From: Bugula neritina
Taxonomy: Eukaryota; Animalia; Bryozoa
Reading direction: 5' to 3'
Length of the DNA: 64,000 bases
NCBI GenBank assembly: GCA_964035545.1
Contig: OZ037767.1
Location: 15,132,998 to 15,196,997, forward strand
Shown here: positions 40,476 to 54,242 of the stretch, one piece after another
Layout: the number at the start of each line of letters is the position of its first letter
Position numbering within the stretch: the stretch's first letter is position 1
Position numbers and translations under genes: made by a program
Notes under the pieces: generated by a model
Told to the model about the DNA's origin: nothing
What the model saw: only the letters and a program-made list of their open reading frames with translations
Databases searched by the model: none

Positions 40476-42059
40476 AAATACCCGGCTAAGCTAAGCACAG
40501 ACACCACGATATTTGTGGGAGCTCTGCATGGTATATGCTGAACCCGGAAGGCTTAGCCTGTGTTATGGAAGAACTGTTTGGCCCAGTCATCTATGCCAGC
40601 ATTGACACTGACAAACACAAATACCCAATTGGTAGGAGCTTAGTCTATGTTCTGACACAGCTATGCAACTTCCTGAAACAGTTTGTGCTAATAATATATA
40701 TAACGGAAAAAAGTATTTCTATGTGAACTCATTTACAATTCCTCTATTTTATTATTATCACCTTTACATAACTCTACTATAATAACACACAATTGTGTAC
40801 TATATATACAGTTCCATTGTTTTCCTATAACTATACATTGATATATATGCTATCTCTACTATCTATATACTGCAGTCAACACTCTATAAGGATACATTGA
40901 TATATTACATAGTGTAAATAATTTAGTAGCAGAACATGGTTGTATCTGTTGTAGGTTCTGACCGTGTGACTTTCAGCTGCCATGACAGCTACAGGAATGC
41001 ACTTGACACTGCTTTTGTGGAAATAGAAATCCCAAAATTTACTAAGAATTAAAGTATTTGTGCTCTGCAACTATTATAGTTTTTAAAATCATGCTTTTAT
41101 GTAAATTGATATAATATATTTCATTACCTTTTTTGGTTTAAATTACTATATTATATTTGAATTTTTGCAAACTTGTAGTGAAATTATGGAGCTAAACTGT
41201 GTATTTTACTTAAATAATTTGCAGGTACAACTAGACCCTTACTTGGAGAAATCTATCTGTTACGTGTGCAGGATCAGTTTAGGGCCATAATTTTGCAGAC
41301 ATCCAATGTGCTCCAAGGTAACACAATTCCTTGATTATCTTGAGGAAAATTAGCTTTGCTTCTAAACCAAGAGAAAATATATTTGACAAGTATAAGTATT
41401 TAATTATTTAATTTAGGTTTTTATCTAATTTAATTATTTATTGCTATAAATTTTTATAAGACTTTTAGCAGCTCAAGATTTGCACATAAAATTAATTTGA
41501 TAATCTTGAAAGTGTAACTGCTACAATTGTTACCATAATTTATGTAATTATGATACATTATCTGTTGGTAAGAATAGACTTTTTTATTAAGAAAACCTTT
41601 TGGCATGTCACTATTCCAAGTTTACTGCAAACATGGTTATGAAAAATGTTTGCTGCATGAGAGCTATTAGAATCCCACTTAGTTTAAGTTGTTGAATAGT
41701 TTATAAAGAATAATTTTTAATATACTGTAAAAACATTAGTATAAGGTACAAGATTATTAATAGTAAATTAACATATAAATGCATTATTATTATTAAAAAA
41801 TCTTCAACATATCAGACCTTGGAAAAACATTACACTGCATGGCAATTATTTATTTGTCCGACTCCGCTAACTTTGCACTTCGATTTTTAATACATTTGTT
41901 CTGGTTTTATTCTCCCAGTACTTCTGTGAACTTTGTTGGCGCTGGCAGCACGCTGACTTGGGGGAAGGAGCCCAGGCTCATCATCCTCTTACCAGAAACT
42001 CTAAAAAGAGTCGTGGTTTCTCAGAAGGAGGCTCTAGACACGCTAGAAATGGCATTTAA
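40476..42059 (+). pseudogene. CPEB1: Partial CPEB1 duplicate (RRM2 + ZZ exons, followed by 3'UTR), inactivated
   Basis: Starts mid-exon. It has a +2 frameshift (ggtATatgctg, ~40533), an SGR>SDR change, an altered donor near 41050 and a TAC>TAA stop at 41288-41290. Confidence 0.92.
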
Positions 42060-42909
42060 ATACGAAACTGTTGCATATATCTTATATGGAAGTTATGTTT
42101 AGTGTCTCATTGTTGTTTGCTCTTGTTCTGTTTATTTTGCTGTTTTGTTTGCTGCTATATTTTTCCAAGCTTTATTTTTTTAAGCCGCAGTGGTTTTAAG
42201 TAAAACTTCCTTTATTTCCTGTTTTAAATCCTTGCTTAGTAAACATCAAAAACAAACAAAAAATGATAAAAGGTTCCCTATAGTAAAGTGCGTAGATTTT
42301 AATAATTTAGTGAAGGATGTTTGAAGGTATTAGAGCTGTTTATTTGCTAGTCTTAGGGGTGTAGTTTTGTATTTTGTAGAATAATATTAGCTGTTATATT
42401 ATATTAAACATAAATAAAAAAATCTCTCACATAAATTATTTGCCAACAATTAAATCTGCACCCAATACTTGAATAAGACCATAAGGAACTATATATTATA
42501 GTGTGATATATATATAGGTACACTGTTAAACCAAAGGTGCTTCATTGTTACTCAAACAAATTTATTTCTCTTTTTTAATGAAAATGATCAGTAGAAAATA
42601 TTCAGATAGTTTACAAAAAGCAGCAAAGCTCAGAATTCAGAATAATATTTATATTCCATGCCAGATGCATTACATAATACGGTTTATTGAATATGCATAT
42701 TGTATATGTCAAGTGTTGATTAAATATAAATGGAATACAAAATCAGATTTATAAATAACATATAGTTAAATATTTGGAGTTATACACAGTTAGCTCAAAT
42801 GCATATAAAGAGATATTACAGAAGAAGAAAATGAAACTTCTGTTTAAAGAAATTAAAAGAACATTTCAATATATTACTGTAAAAATTAGGTTCAAATCTT
42901 AGATAAGTT

Positions 42910-45589
42910 CTAAACGAGCGCATAGCAAGTAGAACTTGAAGAATTTTCAAACACAACTGAAACCTCATTATGAATAAAACATTTAGCTGTAGAGGATATT
43001 GAAAATGCTGCACAATTTTGATATTGCACACATTATTGTTCTTTTATGATTAGCAGTGTGACGTCTGCAAAGTATAAAATTGCCAGGTGAGTTGGTGAAT
43101 CAAGTCTAATGTCAGAGATTCGAGAGTATGTTTGATATGCAATGAGAGTATACCTGCTTCACCGCATTTACCAATCATAGCATAGTTTACATTTAGTAGG
43201 TCAGCTAGATCTATTGCTTTTATACAGTGCTCTGATTGGTCCGCTACAAAAATAAACTGTTTCTTGTGAGATTCTAAAAAGGCTGAGTTTTGACAGGTTG
43301 GCAAAAATAACATGACTAATTAAGGTGAATGTGTAGAGATTTTGCAAATAAGCACAACCTTGTAGCTGCACACCAGCTATTACTGTACAGTCTCCACGAT
43401 GATTGATCTCTACAAGTTGTTTTGATGTAGCTGCTATTATTTTAGAAGAATCAGTTGGATGTTCAATGAAGGATATGATGTCATCAGTCATTTTCTTAAC
43501 CTCAATGTGGCTAGTGGCCTGGTAAAGAGTGCTGATTGGACCATCTGCTGAATCAATTATTAACCTTTGTCCTACAAATAGGTACACATTGCTTAGAACT
43601 CAGGTGGGTTTTATATATCTGAAAAAACTACTGATGGAAAGGCTTTTCAAACGGACTAAAGATTTGCTTTTTATTAGAGCACAAGGGCAATTATGACTAA
43701 CATTACCAATACGGCATTTATAACAGAAAATTGCTGTTTAACCTATATATATATAGTAATATATTCAACAATTTTAGCAATTTATGAAACTGTTCATGTA
43801 AAAACCAAATTTAAAATTTTTATCCTGCAGTATTGCTGTAAATTTTCGTAAGTTTTGTTAGTTTGTTGAAACTTCATCTTTTTGTATATCTATAATATAT
43901 TACTTTAAACAGACATTACATATGACTTGAATATTGATTAGCGCTATACACGAATTAGCTTAGGACTTGTTTGACAAAGATCAAATTCAATAATTAAATT
44001 GTAATTATGTGTTAAATATTGTACTATGATATGTTCAAATTTGTTTTATTATTTTAAAACTTGTTTGATTTCATGCAAGTCCAACATTTTGGCCTATAAT
44101 GTAAACGAACAATATTTATCATATCTACAAATCGCTTAATGCAGTAATTACATTCTTAGCAAAATTGCAACTTTCGAACATGAGAACATGTGTTTATATG
44201 ATTTTTAAAAAACCATAACAATAAACATTTCCTTAATATCATATTTGCAATATAGAATATTTTATTTAAATTTTGATACCTTATATATGGACTGCGGTAA
44301 GCATTATATGAATTAAGTTGTATTTATACCTCAACTGATCCTATATTACCTACAATAGGCCTATAGTAAGCTGGTCCTATATTACTTATAAACCTATATT
44401 ACTTATAGTCCTACATTACTAGTCCTATATAATATAATAAACTGGGCTTATATAATACTAGTCCTACAGTGTTCGGGCTACAATACTGGTCTTATAATAA
44501 GCTGGTCCCATAGTACTAGTTCTATTAAACTGGCTCCCTAACATTGGTCCTATCACTCACAATATATCTATAAAAATAATTGATTTATAAATTATATATA
44601 GCTGAATAATCAGTATATATCATAGTTTACTATGAATAGAAACAATAACAATTAATTTGAAGGACAACTGTTTATAAACCAATCACATGACCTGGGAAAG
44701 TCTTGTAGATACTGTTTCTCCATGTTCCACCACACATTTGACTACTGTTCCCTCTGCATGCTCTAGGACACTCAGTTTCCCCTGCTTTACCATATTTGTT
44801 GTATTCAACACCACAATAACACTGGTCAATAGATTGTACTCCTGCATATGGCTGTCCTGAAATTAGTAAATTACTAATCGATCTTTATAAATATAACAAC
44901 ACGATAAATCACAAAACACAATTTTTTTATAGTTCAGCTACAATTGGCAGATTCAAACCTATATATGCCTTTAAAATGGAAAAATACTGAAATCAATGAA
45001 AATTAAAAATAAACGTTTTCAAAGAATCAAATAATTATCAGGTATAGTAGGTTCTTACAAAATATTTTTGGTATACTGCAGTTATTTTTGGAAACATTTA
45101 TAAAAAGATTTACCTTGTATAGTGCAGTAGCCAATACAAAGCTCCACGGTCATCAAACGAGTTGAAAATGCTATGGGTAACGCTCTGCTACTAGAGTCCT
45201 TGTAACAACCAATCAGCTGGTTGAGAGTGTTCACCAGATGCAAACACAGCCAGAGTTGCAGAAGCACTTAAATTATACAACTAAATTAGTCAATGTTTTG
45301 TAAAAAAAAGTTTGAACTAACAGACTCAAGTATTTAAAAAAAATAATATTTAGAATAAAAAGTTTTGAATAGATAAAATTGAAGCAAAATATAAAAGTAT
45401 AAAAAATTTACATAGTAAGTTAAAACACATTTTTTTGTTTAGATATAAAAAACGGATATAATAATCTACATTGAAATTAACATTTCGAAATTTTTTAAGT
45501 TGATAAACATGTTTTTCATATTTTAGATCTTACGAAGCTAACTGAAGCAAAGCATATCTTACCAAGCCTTAGCTGCAGCAACATTTCAT
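42910..45589 (-). pseudogene. Gene A': disrupted copy of gene A
   Basis: Frameshift near 43280 (split ORFs 43201..43587 and 43050..43313), a ~530-bp deletion at ~43030 relative to 15168-15696, further small indels, and a 2-nt insertion in exon 1. Confidence 0.9.
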
Positions 45590-47148
45590 TATTACTATGT
45601 CTAGCCAATTCAACCTTTAATCATGCAGTAAATTGGCTTTGAGTTTGTAATAACTTTTATTTCTAGATTAGAGATTTATTTTGGAATGCAAAATACATTA
45701 ATTAGTTTGCACATATGTAAGATACACAACTTGGTTTGCCTGTGCAATTGTAACACTACTCCAACCTTATCCTAAAAGGCCTAGACTATATATTTATTTT
45801 ATGAATTTATTTTCAAATATAAGGATACAACTTGTTTGGAAAAATAGATCATGTTGTTAATGAATCGCAAAGTAAATGGGGAAATCTAATTGATTACAAA
45901 TCGCAAACATCCCACATCCTATATATATACTGCACACTTTAAGCCGCACAATTATAAATTGTATAATTAGTTTTAATTTTACTTTAGGTAATATTTTAAA
46001 CAATTTTTTGTAGCAAAATAATTTCTCATAGACATTTTCTTGAATTAATTTTCGTTGACATGTGTTATAATGAATGATATATTTTGATGTTTACTTTATG
46101 TAACATTTTAACAACTCATATACTAGTATTTGTTTATTATAGATATGTCTATAATTTAGAATGAAATGAGATAAATTGTGCTACATTGTATGGGTATGCT
46201 GCTTTAAGATGGCAATTTTATATTTTTGCTATAGGTGGTGCTTATAAGCAAAACATATTATTATGATTATCAATATAATTATTATTATAATGGTGTTATA
46301 ACATTGACATATGTAAAATAATATAAATATTGATTTTTACATTATTTTAGGTTAATGTTGAAACAAAGATTACGTAGAGATATTACTTTTATAGTTGTTT
46401 TTCATTACTTGGTGTATCTATTATGACAACATGCATTGAAATTATTCGCCCACTCTCAGTTACACAACAACTTTATTATAACATCAGGAGAATCACAATG
46501 AAACATGATACCAACATTCTATCTTCCATTAGCATGAAATATTTGACAAAGTTAAACATTATCAGACATTCAAATGTTTACTGTCACTATTAGCATGAAT
46601 ATAGATTTTTCATACTTTTTATGACACTAATAGCATGAATTATCTTTGTATTCTGTTTATTTATTATAAATAATACATATACTTTACCAGTTTTCTATAT
46701 CCGACGATCTTGCTGCTATAACACACTTTACGTTACTTAATAATTGCAAAGTAAATATCATAAGTACATCTCTGAAGTTGCAGACACTTTGAACTGTAAG
46801 AACAAAGTTTTTAACAAGGGAATAATAAGGAAAAATCTATAAATGAAAGTTTTTGTTGTATGTGGGCATTGTTATAGGCTCTTTCAATAAGTTCACTTCG
46901 TAGATGCTACAACAGTAAGTTACTAACAAACTTTATTAATTTTATAGTGAAATATCATTTTCTTAAATTACATAATTCAGCAGTTTTACTTTTTATGTGG
47001 TATATAGCTGATTAAAGCACTATATAGAGCTGAGAAGCTCTGAACTTTAGTGAAATTTCTATTTCATTATCAGAAGTGGTTGGTGCGTGTATATTAGTAA
47101 ATGACTGTACTGTATTCTATGTGTGCATATAACTCTTGAAAAGACTCT

Positions 47149-47239
<91 letters not shown>

Positions 47240-47288
47240 GTACTGATACAATTTTGGATATAAAAATAAACTTGGATCTTCATTTTAG

Positions 47289-47335
47289 CGACTACAATAT
47301 TGTTTCACGCAGTGCAAGCTACGATCATCAGGTCG
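47289..47335 (-). ncRNA. Minimal type I hammerhead ribozyme motif (inverted twin)
   Basis: The minus strand reads CGAC-CTGATGA-T-CGTAG-cttgca-CTGCG-T-GAAAC-AATATT-GTA^GTCG. Stem I is 4 bp and stem II is kept by a U-G wobble. Confidence 0.7.
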
Positions 47336-47389
47336 TTGTGTGTACGGTTGAGTGCTTTTGTTTTGAAATTACTCAAGCGTACACACAAC

Positions 47390-47434
47390 GACCTGATGAT
47401 CGTAGCTCGCACTACGTGAAACAATATTGTAGTC
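47390..47434 (+). ncRNA. Minimal type I hammerhead ribozyme motif
   Basis: GAC-CTGATGA-T-CGTAG-ctcgca-CTACG-T-GAAAC-AATATT-GTA^GTC. Core boxes are intact, stem II is 5 bp, stem III is palindromic (ACAATATTGT), the triplet is GUA and stem I is GAC/GTC. The U-U at 10.1/11.1 is non-canonical. Confidence 0.7.
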
Positions 47435-47484
47435 AATAGAATGAAGATCTAAGTTTATTTTTATATCCGAAATTGTATTAGTAC

Positions 47485-47555
<71 letters not shown>

Positions 47556-47700
47556 ATATATATAGATATATAGATATATAGATATATATGATAAAGTAAA
47601 ATATGCCATCACACCACTTTCTCTAAATAGATATCATATATATAACACTATATACAGTCACATGTTAAGTAAACAAAGAATGTGTTATATCAGAGTAGAG

Positions 47701-50277
47701 ATGAAGAATATTCTAGAAGTATACGCTCTGATTCTCCTTATACATGTGACTACTTCAGAATACATGGGGTGTTATAAAGATGAAATAGAGAGAGCAAATT
47801 GCCTTTAGTCGGGGAAATTACTAACATGGCAATATACTTTTGTATAGGCTACTGCATCTATAGAGGTAAAGATAATACGACGTAAATCTGTTTTTCTATT
47901 TAATATATTATGCCATAATTATATAAACTTTATTAGATATGTGATGTATTGAAATTGTGATTCTTTTACATCAATTATATGACTATTATTATCTTTTTCT
48001 CAAACATAATATAAGCATATTATAATAATATTATATTATATTCTTATACAGCAATTATATTTTTATTATGTTGTTCTCATCCAGTTATATAATACTTATG
48101 GCATCTTGATATTTAATTATTCTTGTACAGCAACTATATAAACATTATATAATTCTTGTATAGTAATTATAAAAATGTTTCATTATTATTGTATATTAGA
48201 TATATAAACATTATATCATTATTCTATTGTAATTATATAAATGTTATCTGTATATTTTAGGCCAGATGTATGCTGGTTTGCAGGATGGCAGACAATGATT
48301 CTGTGGTACAACCTTTGACCTCTATGGAGCTCTAGACAAATCAAGTTGTAGCAGTAGATGCACGGGAAATGCGAGTCAGATATGTGGGGGAAGCTGGGCA
48401 AACAGTGTATACAGAGCACTGTCAGGTAAGATGAGACATTTTTAGATAAAATGAGAAAAGTCCTTTAGGTAATACATGAAATTGGAGTTTTTTAATCTTC
48501 ACAATACTTATCAAATTTTATTTAACCAAATATTTACTTTTACAGACGATTGTTATTCTAAAAAATTGGCTGATAGCGAAATAGTTTTTAAAGGAATATT
48601 AAAATAATTAAACTCAATTAAGAAAGTTTGAATGATTTGACCTTAATACTTCTGACAAAAAGTATTATTACCATGAATTTTTAATTATTAACAACTAATA
48701 ATTTGTTTAATCTATAGCTACATTGTTTAGTTTATTTCCACACTCTTGTAAGTAACAGTATATGGTATAGAACAGTATATAACATGTTTTTTGTTGACTC
48801 GGGTAAAATTTTTGTAACTTTATGATAAACTATAATAACTTAGCTCTTTTTGATATGCTAAATAAATGTACATATCTTTATTATGTTAAAGCTTGCTAAC
48901 CTAAATAATTATGTATATTTTAAGATATATGTAATACATATTTATTTATTTAGTAATATTTACTTCTGTGTTTTTATGAGTTTCTAGAATCATAGTTTTA
49001 TTGTTACATTATTTATTATTATACCATTTTTAGAAAATGTCAAAACACGAAAAAACAAACCCGCAAACTTAGTCCACATCAGAAATATTGAAGTTAGAGA
49101 AATAAGTGAGGAAATCATATCCTTTATCGAACATCCGGCTGATTCTACTAAAATAATAGCAGCTACATCAAAACAACTTGTAGAGATCAATCATCATGGA
49201 GAGTGTATAGCAGTAGCGGGTGTGCAGCTACAAAGTTGTGCCTATCGATCAAATGAATTTTCTTTTTCCTCAATCGATCATTTCATTTATGCCCAGTTCA
49301 CCAAACTGCAAGTATCTCACAGTCTTTTCAACAAATCAGCCATTTTGGTTGCTGATGCAGGTAATCACTGCGTAAAGTTTCTCATTCTAAAAAATTTATC
49401 ATCTTTTGAGTTTGACAATTCAATAAATGACTACCATGTTGGTAAGTGTGGATCTTTTAAAAAAGAACTTTTGACTGAAAATATTCAAAATTTAATTGAT
49501 CCTAAAGAAATGGAGCTAAATAGCCCAAAACATCTTTCTCTGTACCATGACTCTGAGACTATCAGACTGGTTGTTAACTGTGTACTAACAGAAGTATACT
49601 CTGTTATTGTTAGTATCTATCCAACTCACACTGTGGCATATGAGTACAGTGGACACCCTGGGTATGTTACTGATGTTTCTGAAAATCTCTATTGGCCATT
49701 ATTTCGATCAAAAGGATTGAAAAGTCTTTCAACTGATAACAGCACATTAATAAACCAAATCCTTGTCATTAATGGGAGTTACTCAACTACTGCAAATTAT
49801 TATTGCGATTCCAGGAACAGTTCTGCTATTCCCAGACTGTTTCAAAGTTGGCCTCTAATAATTGCAAATGGTGAATTGAAATCCCTGGTTTATAATTTGA
49901 CAAGCAGTGAAATCAAACTAACTAACATAAATATTGCTAATCTTTCTACAAAAACACCCCCTGAGTTTAACCTGTTCACTACAACAAAGGAATCCGATCA
50001 CATTATTCTCTACAGTCAAAGCCTAAAGAAATTTTATTATGCAAAGGCATTTTCTCGCTATCAGAAAATTCTGGAAAGGTTCTGTAGTAAATATGTTATA
50101 GAAAAAGCAATTGTGGGTGGACCTGAAAGTTGTGCTTACATCTGTAGTAAATATGGTAGTCAGTGTGTTGCTTTTTCTGTTAATGATTATGATAATTCTT
50201 GCTACATTCATGACCACTTTGACTTGGCCGAGGCCTACATATCTAATGACTCAGCTTGTTATTTATCTATATCATAA
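47701..50277 (+). pseudogene. Gene B': copy of gene B with disrupted WSC exons but an intact last exon
   Basis: A +2 insertion in exon 1 (agagcaAAttgcctttag) gives a stop. TGC>TGA in exon 2 (~48296). Exon 3 (49034-50277) is 1244 nt, the same length as in B, and fully open. Confidence 0.85.
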
Positions 50278-50438
50278 TTATAACATATAATTGCATAGTT
50301 GAACACCACTTTCTGATGACAACATTAATGATGCTTTACTCTAACTTATGTTAATTTTTAATAATCATAATTATATTATTTTCATTCACTTAAATATTTT
50401 ATGGAAATGATACACAGTGGTTTTTAAAAATTATATGT

Positions 50439-50552
<114 letters not shown>

Positions 50553-53150
50553 TACTATATATACAGAGTCTGTACTATATATTACAGACGGTAGATTGCT
50601 ATATTATATTTGTGTATCAACAAATCAATAAAATAAAAATCGAAGATATTGTTTATTTGAAGCTTTTTTGGAAATTTATTATAAATATTTGTAGGTTGTG
50701 TAATTACTGATTAATAAATAATATTTATAACAGATGGTTTCATTATAATTTTTAGATGACATTGTTTTAAAGAACATAATATGTATTAATTCAATCAAAT
50801 TTATTTGACCCACAAGAAAATGCAGCACAATTATTTGTGAATTAAAAACTTCTTATTAAATAAAGATTGAGTAATAACCAATTCAGTATATTTTAACTAT
50901 TGATATACTTATATAAGAGAGTAAGTTAAACAGAAATGTTCATCTTTGCACAGATACTTGCAAGAATATCTATAGTGTATATAGAACTTTATAGATATAG
51001 AAAAGTTATAGATATAGAATAGTTATAAGTATAGAATAGTTATAGATATAGAATAGTTATAATTATAGAATAGTTATAGATATAGAATAAGTATAAATAT
51101 TAAATAGTTATAAATATAGAATAGTTATACATTAGATATAAAATAGTTATAGATATAAAATAGTTATAGATATAGAATAAGTATAAATATTAAATAGTTA
51201 TAAATATAGAATAGTTATAGATATAAAATAGTTATAGATATAGAATAGTTATAAATATATAGAATAGTTATAAATATAGAATAGTTATAGATATAGAATA
51301 GTTATAATTATAGAATAGTTATAGATATAGAACAGTTATAAATATAGAAGTGCTGCAGTCAATAATTTAAACAACTTTACAAACACATTATTATATATAT
51401 ACATAAACATTCACCAGATATATTTAATAATTTATGATGCACATGGTCAAACATGCAATTAATATTACTAATATTTGCTTATAAATACAGTCATACTAAT
51501 ATTGTTTACATGACTGCATTTGTTGAAAAGAATGGTAATAACAGTTTTAAAAGACAATTAAAATTTTTTACTGGGTTATGTAATATAATTTGTTTAACTG
51601 TTTCTTTTAATTACCAAATATCTAAAATAATATTTTAATGAACACAAAGTTATTCACTGTTTTTCCACTCTTTTTAAATCTGTAAAACAAAAATTTTTAG
51701 ATTTAATAACTAAATAATAAACAGTGTCTGTTTATTTTTTTAAAAATAGACAGTGTTTATTTTAATCCTTCTTAAGAAACTTAATTAGGTAAAAAGTAAA
51801 TTATTAAAAATTGAAAAATAATTGCCAAATCCAAGATACATCAATTCAATATTACATTTAAATTTATAAGACAAATGACTTTTTGTTTTTGATAATAGAT
51901 TTTTGTGTTTCATTATACAAGCTCTTTTGTAAAAAATGTTCTTATAATTATTAATATATTTTAAGAAATGATTACAGTTTCAAAAGTGGTCAAATTACTG
52001 CAGCTGTTTGGCTTCAGTGAAACGACTCTTGTTGCTTAAAGCTAATGGGCTTTGAAATTATGTTTGTTATAGAAGGATTATTAATGTAAATATCTAAAGA
52101 AGCTTATAGACTAAGACTTAGTGCCTTGTAATTAAATATTATTTTACAGATATCCTATAAACACTGACATATAACTCACAACAAAAAAGGTATTCTTTCA
52201 TGTTTGAATATTGGAACTCAAAATTATTGATTAATTTTTAATTTTTAATATATAAACAAAACATGGAAGTTTACTATATACATTTAAAAACTTTAAGCTA
52301 CGAAGCAACACTAAGTACAACAATTTCAGACCAGCTATAGAGATCAAATCTTGAAGAATAAAATCCAATCTTGTCAAGATACTGAAATCAGGTATTATGA
52401 GAATTAAATATATATACCTACATTTAACTTTCTATGTTTCACCTTTTACATGCAGTTTATGCTTTATGATTTATAAATTTTACACTCTATCCTTTATATT
52501 CTGTTTTCATATTGCATATTTAATATTTTATGCTCTAAGTTTCACCTTCCAGGTGTGACATTCTACATTTTAAGTTCTACATTTTGTATTCTAAATACCG
52601 TATCATATTAGAGGTAATGTCTTATACATTTTAGTAAAATGATCATAATATCACAGCCTTGCACTTGAAGTATAAATTTTATAAGAATATAAGATGTTAT
52701 AAAATTAGTTGGTGATAAAGTTTGAAAATGCACAATAGCATGAAGTTATTAATTATTCTAGTATTGATGAGCCATGAGTTTATTTTACAAGTTGTTTTTA
52801 TTATGAGCTGATACATTTTCTATAAGCTGTAAAAGTGTTAGGATTGTTAGAATAACAAAAAAATAGTTTTTTCCTCTAAATGTTAAAACGAGACCTTGAA
52901 ATTATTAATTTAAAGTGTTTTAGGAGTTTATTTAAACTTAATATATAGTTTTATAAAATAGGTTTAATAGTTATTATGTTTAACTTGAAAAACAAAAAAA
53001 CTCTTATTTAATAATAAATTTCAAAATGTTGAGATATTATTCTTTACTAAAATGCCTATATTGTATAAGGTAATAACATTTTGCAAATTGTTATTAGCAG
53101 ATGACAAATGAAATACCAATACGTTCTTATTCACAGTATAATGGTTCCAT

Positions 53151-53574
53151 CCCAGCTAGATAGACACTACTTTTTATTTTGGTACCATATAATTATATAG
53201 TAATATATACCTATATATATATAGCGATATAACTGTTTCATTGATTGCTAAATAGCTAAAATGCTAATAACTTTATTAGCTAACATGAATTATTTGGAAT
53301 ATTATTCTAATTTTCACAAATTTGTGAGAGACAAAAGACAGTGTAATACAATAACAATAGACATTACATTTAATTATTGACTACCCATTCACAAAATATC
53401 TGTTCAAACAAGAAGCAAAATATATTCAAAATTAATGTTTATGCAAATTAAAGAAATTATTAATGTGCTAAATATGTGCTTTATTTAAGTATATATATAT
53501 TTTTTAATAATATTAAAATAAATTGCACATAAAATATATATTGTACCAAAATAAATTAGTAGCGTCTAACTGAG
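53151..53574. mobile_element. CCCAG-ended MITE upstream of gene C'
   Basis: Duplicate of 29904-30325, with ends CCCAGCTAG...CTAACTGAG. Confidence 0.55.
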
Positions 53575-53640
53575 AGTTGCTATATATATCTAGGATAACA
53601 CCCGAACAAACTGTTTTTATTAACAGCAGCTGTCTAGAAG

Positions 53641-53797
53641 ATGCATCAATATCTGATGTGTATAGCACTGGTTCCTATAGTTTATGGTTCAGTGTACATG
53701 GGTTGTTACAAGGACACCTCAACTAGAGCTCTACCATTGAGGTATGATTCCAATGACATGACAGTCGACCTTTGTATTGGCTACTGCATTTACAGAG
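53641..53797 (+). CDS. Gene C' exon 1: signal peptide + first half of WSC domain; remainder not found in window
   Basis: MHQYLMCIALVPIVYGSVYMGCYKDTSTRALPLRYDSNDMTVDLCIGYCIYR followed by G|GTAAGT. No exon 2 recognised before 64000. Confidence 0.7.
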
Positions 53798-54037
53798 GTA
53801 AGTATTCCATTCACTTACTAAGTTGATTTTTTACAATACAGTGAAATTGCAACCTATAAAGCAGGGCTGATAAATTAGCCATCATTTTAGGAGTACGTCA
53901 CAATGTCATGAAACTTCAAAGGAACTGCAATTATCCTGGAATAAGATTGCTACATACTTATACTTAAAATAATTGTGCTTGCTTTAAAGTTTAGACATTT
54001 TATCTGTGAGCTACATGCAGTTGGTATCTAGCATAGT

Positions 54038-54242
54038 GACCCGCAGTGGTATAGGGGTCAGAGCGTTTGCCTACAAGTAAGCACAAGGTAATGAGTTTGA
54101 GCCCCATTATAAGCCAGTAGTGATGTTAGGAAGAGCATCCAGTCATAATTGCTCCTGTGCCTCATATGAATAAGTCTTAAGCCAGCTTTAACAAAAACCC
54201 CTTCTATCAGAGATCTTCTCATAGGTATGGTGACTATAAACT
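54038..54242 (+). mobile_element. tRNA-derived SINE (duplicate of 30798 copy)
   Basis: Near-identical to 30798-31002. Confidence 0.75.

Larger units (their letters stand above)
47236..47488. mobile_element. Palindromic ~250-bp insert in (TA)n, probable Penelope-like element relic
   Basis: Inverted arms of ~117 bp, flanked by (TA)n on both sides, absent from the equivalent tract at 24388-24463. Each arm holds a minimal hammerhead motif. Confidence 0.7.
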
